Shown here: positions 20,247 to 30,771 of the stretch, in pieces | How positions within the stretch are numbered: the first letter of the stretch is position 1 | Layout: each line of letters begins with the position of its first letter | Source of the DNA: a virus | Strand: one strand, 5' to 3' | DNA length: 64,000 nt | Virus record (IMG/VR): IMGVR_UViG_3300009085_000022 | Coordinates: 38,177 to 102,176 of that record | Translations under genes and position numbers: made by a program | Notes under the pieces: generated by a model | What the model was told of the DNA's origin: nothing | The model's database searches: none | Seen by the model: only the letters and a program-made list of their open reading frames with translations

Positions 20247-20795
20247 TTACACTCCATCAAATTGAGGGTTTAAAACTGGACACGTATTGCAACTTTCACT
20301 ATTCTGATTAGGGCATGAATGGCACTCGGCGGGTATGTCTTTAATCAGTGGTTCAGACTTTGGACTATCAAGAAGTAAAGCATCATAATTAGCTCTACTC
20401 TTATTACCGAGAAAGTCAGATAATTGTTTCTCTAATTCCTTTGTTTCCTCTCTCTGCCCGGCATCAGTCATAAACCATTCATCCCTAAATTTATCCCATT
20501 CCCTTGTCAGGTGATGAGACCTGATAAAAGATTGCACACAGGATTCCATTTCAGGAGTTATACTCTGCCCGGCAACCATATTGTTGACGTCAACGGAATG
20601 GTCGGAGGTGCAAAGATCATCTGGTAATGATTCTCCATTTAACATTGAATGACAATAAGGGCACATATAATTAATAGAACAACGTTCCATAATTGTTCCA
20701 CAATCTTCGGCTGGGCACATCACCTTCTCCCTGCTTAGTGGCGGGGAGGTGGGCTCATCTGTCGCCAAATTGTCGACGGTTGGTTTGTTTTTCAT
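20247..20795 (-). CDS. Cys-rich hypothetical protein
   Basis: Several CxxC motifs; less AT-rich patch. Confidence 0.55.
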   Translation of the reverse strand: MKNKPTVDNLATDEPTSPPLSREKVMCPAEDCGTIMERCSINYMCPYCHSMLNGESLPDDLCTSDHSVDVNNMVAGQSITPEMESCVQSFIRSHHLTREWDKFRDEWFMTDAGQREETKELEKQLSDFLGNKSRANYDALLLDSPKSEPLIKDIPAECHSCPNQNSESCNTCPVLNPQFDGV

Positions 20796-20798
20796 CGG

Positions 20799-21782
20799 TT
20801 AATTATTTAAAAGATTGTTAATTTCTTCTACAGCTTTTAATACTCCAATTTTTTTAATTAAATCTGTAAAATCTTTGCATTCAAATTCTATAGGTATAAA
20901 TCTACTAGGAATATTATACATATTAAAATAAGAATTAGCTTGTTCCATTCCTTGAGTATCATTATCAAATAATGTAATAATTTTACTAAATCTTATTTTA
21001 TATTCATCTACAACAGAATCTTTAATAAAACAAGTTTCTGATTGTATAGCTATAGAAGGAATTCTCATATTTTCATATAAAGCCATTACATCTTTTAATG
21101 ATTTTGTAATGATAAGTAGTTTGCCTCTTTTAGGTAATTGAGTATAACCTGAATGTACTCCATAAGGATGATTATTACGCCATTTCTTACGTTTATTAGC
21201 AAAAGGACGATATATCTTAAAAGTTAAATTATTGTCTTTATATTCAATATATGCATATGCTATTCCAGGAGTATCAACATAGAAAGAGTTATGAAAATAC
21301 CCTGATATGGGCTTTACATTATATAAATTTAAAGTATTTAGTGATATACCAAATTCTTGCCAATATATTATATCTCGTTGTTCCCAAGGTCTAGCTACAA
21401 TATCCAATTTACAAACTTCTTTAGCTTTTAAATCTATAGTTTTAGATAGTTTAGATGTTGATGTAGATGATTGTATTAAATCTCCATATATTTTTTGGAT
21501 AGTCTCATGATAAGAAGACATGCCTAATAAATTCATTACAAAAATTATACAATCTCCTCTTCTACCAGCAAAATCTTTAAACAACAAACAATTATTACGC
21601 TTTGAATAAAATATATTAAAACTTGGAATTTCATCTCCTCTTCTTAATGGACTATTATATGTTTGTCCTAATTCAAAGTCTCCTATATAATACTTAAAAA
21701 TCTCCTGTTCTGAGAACCTATTTAATAATTGATCTTTAGTAATAAACTCAGTATTATATTTTGATTCATTTAGATTTACCAT
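20799..21782 (-). CDS. DNA primase (DnaG-type, TOPRIM)
   Basis: SPLR..D..PSF...FKDF N-domain; ITKSLKDVM and FDND TOPRIM motifs. Confidence 0.85.
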   Translation of the reverse strand: MVNLNESKYNTEFITKDQLLNRFSEQEIFKYYIGDFELGQTYNSPLRRGDEIPSFNIFYSKRNNCLLFKDFAGRRGDCIIFVMNLLGMSSYHETIQKIYGDLIQSSTSTSKLSKTIDLKAKEVCKLDIVARPWEQRDIIYWQEFGISLNTLNLYNVKPISGYFHNSFYVDTPGIAYAYIEYKDNNLTFKIYRPFANKRKKWRNNHPYGVHSGYTQLPKRGKLLIITKSLKDVMALYENMRIPSIAIQSETCFIKDSVVDEYKIRFSKIITLFDNDTQGMEQANSYFNMYNIPSRFIPIEFECKDFTDLIKKIGVLKAVEEINNLLNN

Positions 21783-21969
21783 ATATAATTTTTATTAAAA
21801 AATAACTTCCAAATCCAATATTTAATAACATTACATATTGTTCAGTAGTAATAAACAATATAATATTTAGTATTATAAAAACTATATAAGAATATCTAGG
21901 ATTTTTATGAATAAAATAATAACCTGTACAACTTAGTATACAGGTTATTATTTGTATGAAAATATTCAT
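21766..21969 (-). CDS. Small membrane protein
   Basis: Three hydrophobic segments. Confidence 0.55.
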   Translation of the reverse strand: MNIFIQIITCILSCTGYYFIHKNPRYSYIVFIILNIILFITTEQYVMLLNIGFGSYFLIKIIYGKSK

Positions 21970-22045
21970 ATAAATATAAATAAATGTATTAATAGATAAA
22001 TTATTAATAAAATAAAAAGTATATTATTATTAATTCTGATTTTTT

Positions 22046-22708
22046 TCATTGTAAGATCATTATTAAACAATCTATATTTATATTATTTGGAAGACTTCTA
22101 TATTCTATTCTATCTCCAAATATACCAGGTTTTATACTATATACACCCTTAACTCTTTTAGTATCTGATATTGATTTTTTAAAAAACATATCTATTTTTT
22201 GAATAACAGATAAATAATTAAATAAACAAGTATACTCTTTTTGAATTTGTTCTGCTTCATATCTATATTTATCTTCTACTGTAATTTTTTTATAAATAGG
22301 ATAATCAAACTTCTTATGTTCAGTAAAATTTAATTGTAAAGATGCTTTTACTTCTCCACGTTTTAATAATTTACCTAATTTTCCTTTAGGATAAATAGAG
22401 AATTCTTCTAATACTTCTATTTCTTTTTTAGATAAATTATCTTTATCTTTTCTAAACTCAATTAATTCTATGTCATTAAATTTATGATATGGAATGATTT
22501 CCATTTTAAACCCTTTTTTACTTAATATAAGTTGTTCAGTAAAAATTAATTTTTTTAAAGCAAAAACGGCATCTAAAATATTATTTTCAGGATTTGTACG
22601 AAGTTCTCCTAGAAAAGGATTACCATCTAAATTATTAGTAGCTTTATAAGCTGGTATAATTTTGTTATCTTTAGATACAAAAAATTCAAATTCTATTCCT
22701 ATTTTCAT
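22046..22708 (-). CDS. Second, shorter COOH-NH2 ligase-like protein
   Basis: KIGIEFEFFV, LGELRT, IEYRSLP motifs. Confidence 0.6.
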   Translation of the reverse strand: MKIGIEFEFFVSKDNKIIPAYKATNNLDGNPFLGELRTNPENNILDAVFALKKLIFTEQLILSKKGFKMEIIPYHKFNDIELIEFRKDKDNLSKKEIEVLEEFSIYPKGKLGKLLKRGEVKASLQLNFTEHKKFDYPIYKKITVEDKYRYEAEQIQKEYTCLFNYLSVIQKIDMFFKKSISDTKRVKGVYSIKPGIFGDRIEYRSLPNNINIDCLIMILQ

Positions 22709-22728
22709 ATTATTATTTTTTAATTATT

Positions 22729-23439
22729 TTATCGTCTTTTATCATATGGGTATAATGTTTTAACTATATCACTTTGCCAATACTCCTTAGAATCTATATC
22801 CATAAGAGTCAGTATTCCTTCCCAACCAGCCCCCTGATCTAAATTCCAGACATTACTTACATGTACTGGTTTTAAATTAGGATGCGACCAAGATGTAGTT
22901 GTATGTCCTACAAAAACTTCATCAAATTCTTTTGCAATAACTCCTTTACTTTTCCATTGATCCCACATGCAAGCTATTTGAAATAGTCTTCTATCCCAAA
23001 GAAGAGTATCTTTATCTTGATCTTTGATAGGAAGTTTCCATTCAAATCCTCCATGAACAAAGCATTTATTATCAGGTGTTACATGATAATATTTTGCATT
23101 AATTAACAAATCTCTATGTTTTTTCCAGTCAATTTTATCTAATTCTGTATGCCTATTATAAGCATTTATAGTAGCTTGTCCGCCTTGACTAGTCCAACTA
23201 ACAGGTGTAGCTCCAGTTTTAAACCAATCTAATAACCACTCATCATGATTACCAAGTACATATATAAGTTTTTTAATTTTCAATAATTCATGAAAACATT
23301 CTGGAACTTCTGGCCAACCATCAGCTGTATCTCCAAGTACTATAAGTTCATCTTCATCATAATCAAATCTTGATTCTTGAAAAACTTGTCTTAAAGCTTT
23401 ATAAGCTCCATGCGGGTCACCTAAAGCAAATCTTCTCAT
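22729..23439 (-). CDS. Metallophosphoesterase (Ser/Thr phosphatase-like)
   Basis: GDPHG, LGD, GNHD, VHGG, GHT, LDQG motifs. Confidence 0.9.
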   Translation of the reverse strand: MRRFALGDPHGAYKALRQVFQESRFDYDEDELIVLGDTADGWPEVPECFHELLKIKKLIYVLGNHDEWLLDWFKTGATPVSWTSQGGQATINAYNRHTELDKIDWKKHRDLLINAKYYHVTPDNKCFVHGGFEWKLPIKDQDKDTLLWDRRLFQIACMWDQWKSKGVIAKEFDEVFVGHTTTSWSHPNLKPVHVSNVWNLDQGAGWEGILTLMDIDSKEYWQSDIVKTLYPYDKRR

Positions 23440-23789
23440 AATTTATCTATATTTAATTGTATAATACATAATACCATTTTTGTACCAGTAGTATTAATAT
23501 AAGGCGTTTCAATAATACGTATTGTATACGGTTCTAATATTTCAATAATTTCTTTTTTAACAATTTTTTCTATATCTATAAAAAATTGTGGTTTTCCTAC
23601 AAAATTATAAATAGTAGAAAGAATTTTTGCTATTGATTTTTTATGTGCTATTATTTGGTAAGTATTACCTAGTGAAAAAATTTGACAATTAGCAGTTGGA
23701 CTATGGTTAACATAAAATACAGGATAATCATCTATACAGATTGCACTTGTTTTTGGATATTCCTTACTTATTTCTTTAATTGTTATCAT
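23436..23789 (-). CDS. Hypothetical protein
   Basis: Coupled ORF. Confidence 0.55.
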   Translation of the reverse strand: MITIKEISKEYPKTSAICIDDYPVFYVNHSPTANCQIFSLGNTYQIIAHKKSIAKILSTIYNFVGKPQFFIDIEKIVKKEIIEILEPYTIRIIETPYINTTGTKMVLCIIQLNIDKL

Positions 23790-23811
23790 GATAATATTTT
23801 TTTAAAATTTG

Positions 23812-23896
23812 TACCACTGATAGGACTTGAACCTACACGACCATAAAGATCAAGGGATTTTAAGACCCTCTCGGCTACCAATTACGACACAGTGGC
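23812..23896 (-). tRNA. tRNA-Leu (UAA)
   Basis: GCCACTG/CAGTGGT acceptor; CTTAAAA anticodon loop; long variable arm; TTCAAGT T loop. Confidence 0.9.
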
Positions 23897-23954
23897 GTGT
23901 AAAAAGGGAGCCTGTTTTCACAAGACTCCCAAACCTAAACTAACCAAACTAAAA

Positions 23955-24536
23955 CTAACCATTCATCCAATCCAGAGATGCAGGATTACCTCCTACAGTC
24001 TTTGGTATCAAAGCTTCTGCTGGAGTAGCTTCTTTAGGCTCTCCTCTTGTTGTAGAATCAGCACTACCAAGAGATAATGTATTAGGTACTGTTACTAGTT
24101 GTATAAAACTACCAAAAGATTTAAATCCTAAATATTGTGATTTTTTCTTCTTAGTACCATAACAAACTGCTACTCTAAAAAATTTATTTAATTCTGGTGC
24201 TACCATTCGCATAACACCATCTAATGCTTCCGTAGGCGTATTAAAAACTGGAAATTGTACATTATCTCCAAGAACTCCTTTCGCTAAATTAATAAGTCGT
24301 TGTGCCTGATATTTATTAAAAGCATCTGAATCAGGTTCACAATAATAGAACCCTTCATTTACTTCTCCTTTACCATCCGCAGCAATTACCTTATAATTAG
24401 GATTTTTATCTCCTGGATCTGTACTAGATTTCTTTTCAATTCTAACTCGAACATTCTCAACCACACCTGATAATCCATCATTAAAGATTTTTAATTCTTT
24501 AACATACTCTTCACTGTTGTTCAAATTTACTGACAT
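23955..24536 (-). CDS. Putative single-stranded DNA-binding protein
   Basis: Position after the AAA ATPase; flexible C-terminal tail ending LDWMNG; inferred from synteny. Confidence 0.5.
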   Translation of the reverse strand: MSVNLNNSEEYVKELKIFNDGLSGVVENVRVRIEKKSSTDPGDKNPNYKVIAADGKGEVNEGFYYCEPDSDAFNKYQAQRLINLAKGVLGDNVQFPVFNTPTEALDGVMRMVAPELNKFFRVAVCYGTKKKKSQYLGFKSFGSFIQLVTVPNTLSLGSADSTTRGEPKEATPAEALIPKTVGGNPASLDWMNG

Positions 24537-24561
24537 AATTTTTATCTGTTTTTAATTAATA

Positions 24562-25269
24562 TTACTTACCTGTTTCATATATATCTATACATTCTGCTAC
24601 AAATCCTAAATCATTTGGAATATACAGGTCTTTAAACATTCCATAAGGACTTTTAGCTGGATATATATTATCTCTATTTGTTACAAATTGATACAGCATT
24701 CGTTTATCTGTATCATTCCAAGTTGTTTTAGTATAGAGAAGTACTGTAAACAACCCTTGCAGGTCTATTTTCTCATCAAGAAAACGTCCAATTGTACGAA
24801 TTTTCTTAATAGTTTCAAAACCTATCTCCACATCTTCAGAATGTGCTATCACAAAAGTTTTAATGTTGTCCCTTAATCTTCGACCAGTATTTAAAACTTG
24901 CATTGTGTGCATGGCTATTTCATTAAATTTGTCAAAGCCTTTTATCATAGCCTTTTCTGTAAATTCAAATGATAACATATAATTAAAATCATCTAAGACA
25001 ATATTAGTTATCTCAGGACGATTCTCATGTATATATATCATTGCTTTAGTAATCTTATTTGGATCTTCTGTATTTAAATAATTGCCTTTAGTCCCTTCAA
25101 AGAGAAGATATTCATTTCTCCAACCTTTAAAAGGAAAAGGTTTACCAGATACATTAATCACAAATGTTTCTTTAGGGTCCAAGCCCTTAATTCCCAGACT
25201 AGTAGTAGGAAATAATGATGTGCTTTTTCCTGTACCAGCGCTCCCTACAATTCCGATAAGCGAACTCAT
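24562..25269 (-). CDS. AAA ATPase (Sak4/AAA_24-like)
   Basis: GSAGTGKST Walker A, IVLDD Walker B, IAH, AKSP motifs. Confidence 0.85.
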   Translation of the reverse strand: MSSLIGIVGSAGTGKSTSLFPTTSLGIKGLDPKETFVINVSGKPFPFKGWRNEYLLFEGTKGNYLNTEDPNKITKAMIYIHENRPEITNIVLDDFNYMLSFEFTEKAMIKGFDKFNEIAMHTMQVLNTGRRLRDNIKTFVIAHSEDVEIGFETIKKIRTIGRFLDEKIDLQGLFTVLLYTKTTWNDTDKRMLYQFVTNRDNIYPAKSPYGMFKDLYIPNDLGFVAECIDIYETGK

Positions 25270-25271
25270 TT

Positions 25272-26396
25272 TTAAATTTGACTTCTTATTATATGTTCAT
25301 AATTATTGTAATCAAATTCTGTCATTGTTCTGGGGAATTCAGAAAAATGTGAACTTGATCCCAGGAAAAACAACTGTATTCCTGCATTTGAAATTCCATT
25401 TCTATTTAAGTTAATCATAAATTCCCTATGACTATCTCCTATTCTATCCAAATCAATACCCTCATATTTATCAATATTATATTTTTTTGGATAAAATAAA
25501 CTAACCATTAAATCACAATCTCTACTAGTATATTTATTGTCTGCTAATCCTTCAGAGTCAGGTTTTATTTTATCAATAATTGTGTCTCCTCTGTAATTAA
25601 ATTGCGCTCTAGATGAATCTGCTGATTGTTGTTGAACTACTATTGGTATGTAATTCCATCTGTCACGCATTTCTAAACAATATTCACTACTATATTTTCC
25701 TATAGCTTGATGTAAAGTCTCTCCCTGACCTGTCTGTAATAATCCAATATGATCTACTATTACAATAACATATTCGTTAGGTCTTACAGGAATATACTTA
25801 TCTCTTACTGTTCTTTGACTATATGTACCGTCTTCATTTTGCCAAGGAATTTCTTTATAAGTATATTTACCATTATTAGGATGTTCAGCATAGGATTTCA
25901 CTAAGTGAAAAATACTATTAGGACTTCTTATAGTATCAAAAAAAGTTACAGTCTCTTCTAATTTTCTAAACCAATTTTGAAAAGACTCTCTTTTAATGAT
26001 TTCTTCAACCTTATCATCTAAAATATAACTTTCAAATATTGAACTAAGTTTTTGAGGACTTATTACAATACCATGATCTGCATATAGTTTATAACACATA
26101 GCAGCTTTAATTTTAGTTTCTTTAGATACTTCTAATGAAAAATAAAATATCTTTACAGTTATATCAGAATTAGGATTTTTTAAAATCCATTCTAAAGGTT
26201 GGTAGACATACAGGAAATCAGTCATCTGGGATTTTCCTGCTTTTGGGCTAGCAGATATTAAATTATATCTACCTTGTTCAATTCCAGGTAGAACTGTTGA
26301 TAATCTTGGTAATGACCAAGGTATAGCAATAGCATCTCCTGATTTTCTTCTGTGTTTGTTATTCTCTAATTCTCCTAATACATTATTATACAACAT
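25272..26396 (-). CDS. dnaB: DnaB-like (SF4) replicative helicase
   Basis: ASPKAGKS Walker A, FSLE, IVDH, VQQQ, RDCD, NRNG motifs. Confidence 0.85.
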   Translation of the reverse strand: MLYNNVLGELENNKHRRKSGDAIAIPWSLPRLSTVLPGIEQGRYNLISASPKAGKSQMTDFLYVYQPLEWILKNPNSDITVKIFYFSLEVSKETKIKAAMCYKLYADHGIVISPQKLSSIFESYILDDKVEEIIKRESFQNWFRKLEETVTFFDTIRSPNSIFHLVKSYAEHPNNGKYTYKEIPWQNEDGTYSQRTVRDKYIPVRPNEYVIVIVDHIGLLQTGQGETLHQAIGKYSSEYCLEMRDRWNYIPIVVQQQSADSSRAQFNYRGDTIIDKIKPDSEGLADNKYTSRDCDLMVSLFYPKKYNIDKYEGIDLDRIGDSHREFMINLNRNGISNAGIQLFFLGSSSHFSEFPRTMTEFDYNNYEHIIRSQI

Positions 26397-26418
26397 ATTT
26401 TCTCACTAATCAACTTCA

Positions 26419-26450
26419 CAAAGATACCATAAATATGTATGTATTCCAAA
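26419..26450 (-). promoter_or_regulatory. Bacteroidota-type sigma promoter
   Basis: TTTG-N20-TATCTTTG upstream of the helicase. Confidence 0.8.
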
Positions 26451-26457
26451 TTTTCTC

Positions 26458-27009
26458 CTATAATCTTGTATATTTTGTTGAACTTCTTTTATCGGGAATA
26501 TCATCCCATTTCTCCCAAGTCGCTTGACGCAACCAAGTGTCAATGTTTTGTAAAAAACCTAAAGAACCTTCTGCTTGACGGTGTGTAAGCTCTTTTTTTA
26601 AATTATTAATAATTTTCTCTTGTAGGTAAGGTTTGCCTTTTGTAACCTTATTCCAAATAACATGAGTAACTCTAGCAGACATTCCATCAGGGTCATTAGT
26701 AGATACCGGTCTAAAACCAGTATTTGTTGGAACCTTATGTGGGAATGTTTTGTAGAATTCCTCGAATAGATCATTTTCAGGATTAAACACCTTTAATCCA
26801 GCAGGACCTAGAGTAAATCCTGTACCATCTTCCTTTTTAATAATAAACTCATCATTTAAGAGCCTATCAAAAAAACGATCATCTGGTACAAAAGGAAAGG
26901 ATTTACCATCTAAGTCATGTTGGAATTTAACGAGTGTTAGATACTCATTAAAGTTTAATTTAAGTTTACTGATTTCTAATATGTCCAAAGTGACGAATAG
27001 TGCCACCAT
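26458..27009 (-). CDS. Putative replication initiator / DNA-binding protein
   Basis: FEEFYKTFP...TWLRQATW pattern typical of phage replication organiser C-domains; adjacent to the helicase. Confidence 0.5.
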   Translation of the reverse strand: MVALFVTLDILEISKLKLNFNEYLTLVKFQHDLDGKSFPFVPDDRFFDRLLNDEFIIKKEDGTGFTLGPAGLKVFNPENDLFEEFYKTFPHKVPTNTGFRPVSTNDPDGMSARVTHVIWNKVTKGKPYLQEKIINNLKKELTHRQAEGSLGFLQNIDTWLRQATWEKWDDIPDKRSSTKYTRL

Positions 27010-27014
27010 AATTT

Positions 27015-28277
27015 TTAAAAAAGATTAGAATGATCAACAACTTCAGCAGTAATATTATTTTCTTCTAAAAAAGATTCAATTTCTATATTTTGTAAAAACT
27101 CACTTAATTTGCATTCAGTAATACTTTCAATAGCTTTTAAAGAGTAGTCTTTACCATTAATATTAACTTTCTGATCAGATTTTTCTATATGATCAGTTAT
27201 TTTAATAGGTAAATTTCCTGTATTAACTAAAAAAGAATTAAATCCTGCGTGATTAGAATTACCTAGAAAATATTTTTCAGAAAATACAAATAAATAATTA
27301 AATAAAGGACTGTACATCAAAGCAATACATTCTTTATGTCTTCGCATTAAACTAAAATTACTATTCTGAATAATATTTTTTAAAGTCCAATCTACATTTA
27401 TATGTTTACTATTTATGACAGTAAACATTTCCTGAACGACTTCTAAACTATCTAATAATATAAAATCAGTTCTGATTATTTTAGGATCTACAGTACTAAT
27501 ATATAACTGAATTATGTTAGAAATTAAATTAACTATAATAGTACCTTCATTTTGTCCATCTTCAATATAAGGATGTATATCATAGTATATAGTATCTACT
27601 TTTTCTGCAACAAAAGCCTCTATTGATCCAAGTTTCATTATTTTCAATTGAACTTTACGAGGATCAGAAAATTCTTCAATATGATGATTAGCAGATATAT
27701 ATAACCATTTTATAAGAGGAAGCATTGAATTCTCATGAACAGCTTCTTTAATTATATTTTTCATACCATTACGATAATTTTCATTTAAATCTCTATTATC
27801 TCTATCTTCCTCTTCTACTTCCCAACCATTATCAGAATTTCTTAATATAAAATCGTGTTTATTTCTTTTAGATTGAGTTTCTAAACTTAAATCTCCTAAC
27901 ATAGTGTCGTCTTCATCTAACTTAGGAACATACACCTTTTTCTTCTGTTGTAATTCAGGATCTACAGGTTTAGCAAATTTTGGAGCTTTTATTGAATGAA
28001 CATCATTTAAATATTCATTAAGATACTTTTCTTTTGCTCTTCTAGCTTCTTCTGCTGCTGATGTAGGTTTAACTCTATGTATAGTTCCTTCTGAATCTAT
28101 TATATTTGTTGTAGTACTAGGAGGATCAATCCATTTATATTGATATGGATTTTGAAAATCCGCTATAAAATCAGATAACTTACTATAACTATTATCAAAA
28201 GGCACTTCTATTTTTTGTTCATTTATACCTGGTTGATCAGGTTTTTTATCTATTCTTCCTGGTTTAATTTTTTTCAT
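27015..28277 (-). CDS. Hypothetical protein
   Basis: 420-aa ORF with a low-complexity N half. Confidence 0.7.
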   Translation of the reverse strand: MKKIKPGRIDKKPDQPGINEQKIEVPFDNSYSKLSDFIADFQNPYQYKWIDPPSTTTNIIDSEGTIHRVKPTSAAEEARRAKEKYLNEYLNDVHSIKAPKFAKPVDPELQQKKKVYVPKLDEDDTMLGDLSLETQSKRNKHDFILRNSDNGWEVEEEDRDNRDLNENYRNGMKNIIKEAVHENSMLPLIKWLYISANHHIEEFSDPRKVQLKIMKLGSIEAFVAEKVDTIYYDIHPYIEDGQNEGTIIVNLISNIIQLYISTVDPKIIRTDFILLDSLEVVQEMFTVINSKHINVDWTLKNIIQNSNFSLMRRHKECIALMYSPLFNYLFVFSEKYFLGNSNHAGFNSFLVNTGNLPIKITDHIEKSDQKVNINGKDYSLKAIESITECKLSEFLQNIEIESFLEENNITAEVVDHSNLF

Positions 28278-28717
28278 ATCGTATAAAAACTATTTTTATT
28301 CATAATTAACACACTTTCACAATCCCAACCATATAAATTATAACTATTTAGAATAGAACTAGTTTTACCTACACCTTTTTCTGTTAACCAAATAGCATCA
28401 AATGATTTCATTATCTCTTCAAAATCAGGATAATAACAATCAGTTTCTTTATAATATATATGAGGTAATTTTAATAAATCTTCATTAAAATCTATTTTAT
28501 AAATTTTAGCAGATTTATAAAATTTTAATTTAAAATAATATTCAATATTACAAGGAAATTCTTCTTTTAAACACCAATCTTTCCAGCTAATTTGTGAATT
28601 AAGTGGTGATACCCATAAACCTCCCTTAGGTTTATTTCGCATAATCCTATTAACTATAGGTTTAAATAGTTCAGGATTATATTGTTTGGAACCATAATGA
28701 ATGAATACCATAATCAA
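28274..28717 (-). CDS. Hypothetical phage protein
   Basis: HYG, KPKGGLWVSP, GWDCES motifs. Confidence 0.65.
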   Translation of the reverse strand: MIMVFIHYGSKQYNPELFKPIVNRIMRNKPKGGLWVSPLNSQISWKDWCLKEEFPCNIEYYFKLKFYKSAKIYKIDFNEDLLKLPHIYYKETDCYYPDFEEIMKSFDAIWLTEKGVGKTSSILNSYNLYGWDCESVLIMNKNSFYTI

Positions 28718-28918
28718 TAAGTTTTAAAAGTAAGAGTAGTTAAATAAATAACTACCCTTACGATTATTATTTTATTTAACTAATATTTCTAATATTATTT
28801 ACTAACTTAAAAAGTTTTTACATAATAAATAATTATTTTTTCTCGTGCGCTTTTGATGCATTACAATATAAACCTTATTCAGCCGTAAAAAGCAAGGTTC
28901 TTTAAAAATATTAATTAT

Positions 28919-29401
28919 TTAAAATAAAGTTTTTACAACTATACCCAATTCATTTTTTCTATCTTTTGGAGCAAACATAAAAGATATACATTGTGCTGCA
29001 TAGGTATTACTATCACCACGAAATCTATAGTATACATATTTATTAATGCCCGGACAGAATAACATTCTTATTTTCTTATTATTAACTAATATATGTAAAG
29101 TCTTTAAAAGAGTATAATAAGTAAGATCAGGATAATAAGCTTTACATATCTTATATAAATCTTCTGATGATCTTCTTTTATAACTTGAACATTGAATACT
29201 TTTATCAAGATGATATGTATTATTATACATATTTAATTTAATAATTTCCAATAATCCTTCTTCAAATGGTAATTGTGATATTTTTTTAAAATAAATTGGA
29301 TTTTTACTATTTTTTCTTCCTAAGATTAAACTAGGAAGATGAAGGAGATCATCATTAATTTTGATAATCTCCTTCGTTTTTCTTGGCATATTAAGTCTCA
29401 T
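28919..29401 (-). CDS. Hypothetical protein, paralogue of 29973-30545
   Basis: Shared QC....RS..D.Y.....Y.P..T and C..INK.VYY motifs. Confidence 0.65.
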   Translation of the reverse strand: MRLNMPRKTKEIIKINDDLLHLPSLILGRKNSKNPIYFKKISQLPFEEGLLEIIKLNMYNNTYHLDKSIQCSSYKRRSSEDLYKICKAYYPDLTYYTLLKTLHILVNNKKIRMLFCPGINKYVYYRFRGDSNTYAAQCISFMFAPKDRKNELGIVVKTLF

Positions 29402-29404
29402 AAA

Positions 29405-29617
29405 CTATTTTAATTGTTTATACACGGGATATAAAACATAATACCAAATTACTGGTACTAAGAATATTATAATTATTCCAAGGATTACTCCAAGATCTGA
29501 TTCTGAGTTACTAACAAGCATAGGACTAACTACTCCCCATAATAGTAATGAGATTATGAGTAATCCTAATACTCTAAACCAGATTCCAACTGGTCCAATT
29601 TCATTATTTTTTTTCAT
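29405..29617 (-). CDS. Small two-TM membrane protein
   Basis: Two hydrophobic helices. Confidence 0.6.
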   Translation of the reverse strand: MKKNNEIGPVGIWFRVLGLLIISLLLWGVVSPMLVSNSESDLGVILGIIIIFLVPVIWYYVLYPVYKQLK

Positions 29618-29970
29618 AATTCATGTATTTTAAAACTATAGTTTGAACTTCCAAAATCACTTGCATATTTTGCAATATGAAAATGTAATCTTTCTAATTG
29701 AGTCATTTTTTTCCAGAAAGTATGTGCTTTATAACCATCACTTATAGCTGGTCTGCCATGATCACTTATAGCATGATTAACAAAAGCTTCACTTAATTCT
29801 GTTTTTCTGAAACAATTTGAATAAGTAGGCTTTTTAAAGATAAATAATCTTTGTTCTGCAGGCAATATAGACCCAGAAGTTGTTTTTTCTTTATACTCAT
29901 AACTTCCTGATGAGGTTAGTATTCCTGGTTGAGGAATAGTAACAGTAACATTTGCATTAAATAATCCCAT
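29614..29970 (-). CDS. Hypothetical protein
   Basis: Coupled ORF. Confidence 0.6.
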   Translation of the reverse strand: MGLFNANVTVTIPQPGILTSSGSYEYKEKTTSGSILPAEQRLFIFKKPTYSNCFRKTELSEAFVNHAISDHGRPAISDGYKAHTFWKKMTQLERLHFHIAKYASDFGSSNYSFKIHEL

Positions 29971-29972
29971 AA

Positions 29973-30545
29973 TTAATATATTTCAGTTAATATTAAACCA
30001 AACTCATCCAAATTACTTTTACTACGTATATTAGATTCACACACTCCATACTTAAATATTTTAGTATAATACACTCTTTTATTTATCGTACCACACCATA
30101 ATGTAGATATTTTAGCCTCTACAAGTAGTTGACATAAAGTATCACAAACTTCTTCTAGAGTAATTTCAGGTTTATAAAATTTTACTACACAATATATATC
30201 TGATAAAGATCTGTTTTTTTCAGGCTCACATTGAAGAGCATTATTTGTATATAATGTTCTACATGAATATAATGACAACATTATATAAAATAGTTCATCT
30301 TTAAAAGAATTACATTTAGGCAATTTAGATATAGTGTCTATTTTTAATAAAGGAAGTTTATCCAATCCTTTTTGTATATGTAAAAAATATTCTGATGTTA
30401 CACCAAAAGTTATTTGTTTAGGCCTTTTAGTGTATATTAAACTAGGATAGTTATTTACATAACTATCCTCATATTTAATAATCTCTGGAGTTTTTGGAAC
30501 TTTTTTATGATATTTAATATTTGTAGCTTGTATAAATCCATTCAT
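29973..30545 (-). CDS. Hypothetical protein, paralogue of 28919-29401
   Basis: Shared motifs as above. Confidence 0.65.
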   Translation of the reverse strand: MNGFIQATNIKYHKKVPKTPEIIKYEDSYVNNYPSLIYTKRPKQITFGVTSEYFLHIQKGLDKLPLLKIDTISKLPKCNSFKDELFYIMLSLYSCRTLYTNNALQCEPEKNRSLSDIYCVVKFYKPEITLEEVCDTLCQLLVEAKISTLWCGTINKRVYYTKIFKYGVCESNIRSKSNLDEFGLILTEIY

Positions 30546-30547
30546 AG

Positions 30548-30742
30548 TTAAATAGTTTTAGGTCGTTTCATTCTTCCTATAGGAATATCTTTTACTTCCT
30601 GTCCTAAAGTTTCTAAAAAAAATGCCGTAGCTACTCTAGGATCTTTAAATTTATAATAAGGCTGTGGGTATTCATTCTTTAAGGCTTCATGTGGTTTAAT
30701 TCTATATTTGAATTGTGTACCACTCATAATAATTTTAGGCAT
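30548..30742 (-). CDS. Small hypothetical protein downstream of the RNA array
   Basis: 64-aa ORF. Confidence 0.55.
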   Translation of the reverse strand: MPKIIMSGTQFKYRIKPHEALKNEYPQPYYKFKDPRVATAFFLETLGQEVKDIPIGRMKRPKTI

Positions 30743-30771
30743 AATTTTTTAGTTTTTAGTTAAATAAGATA

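Noticed and set aside
7205-25414. Plus-strand ORFs at 7205, 17211, 18194, 21307, 23892, 24688 and 25082
   Set aside because: They are antisense shadows of well-supported minus-strand genes.
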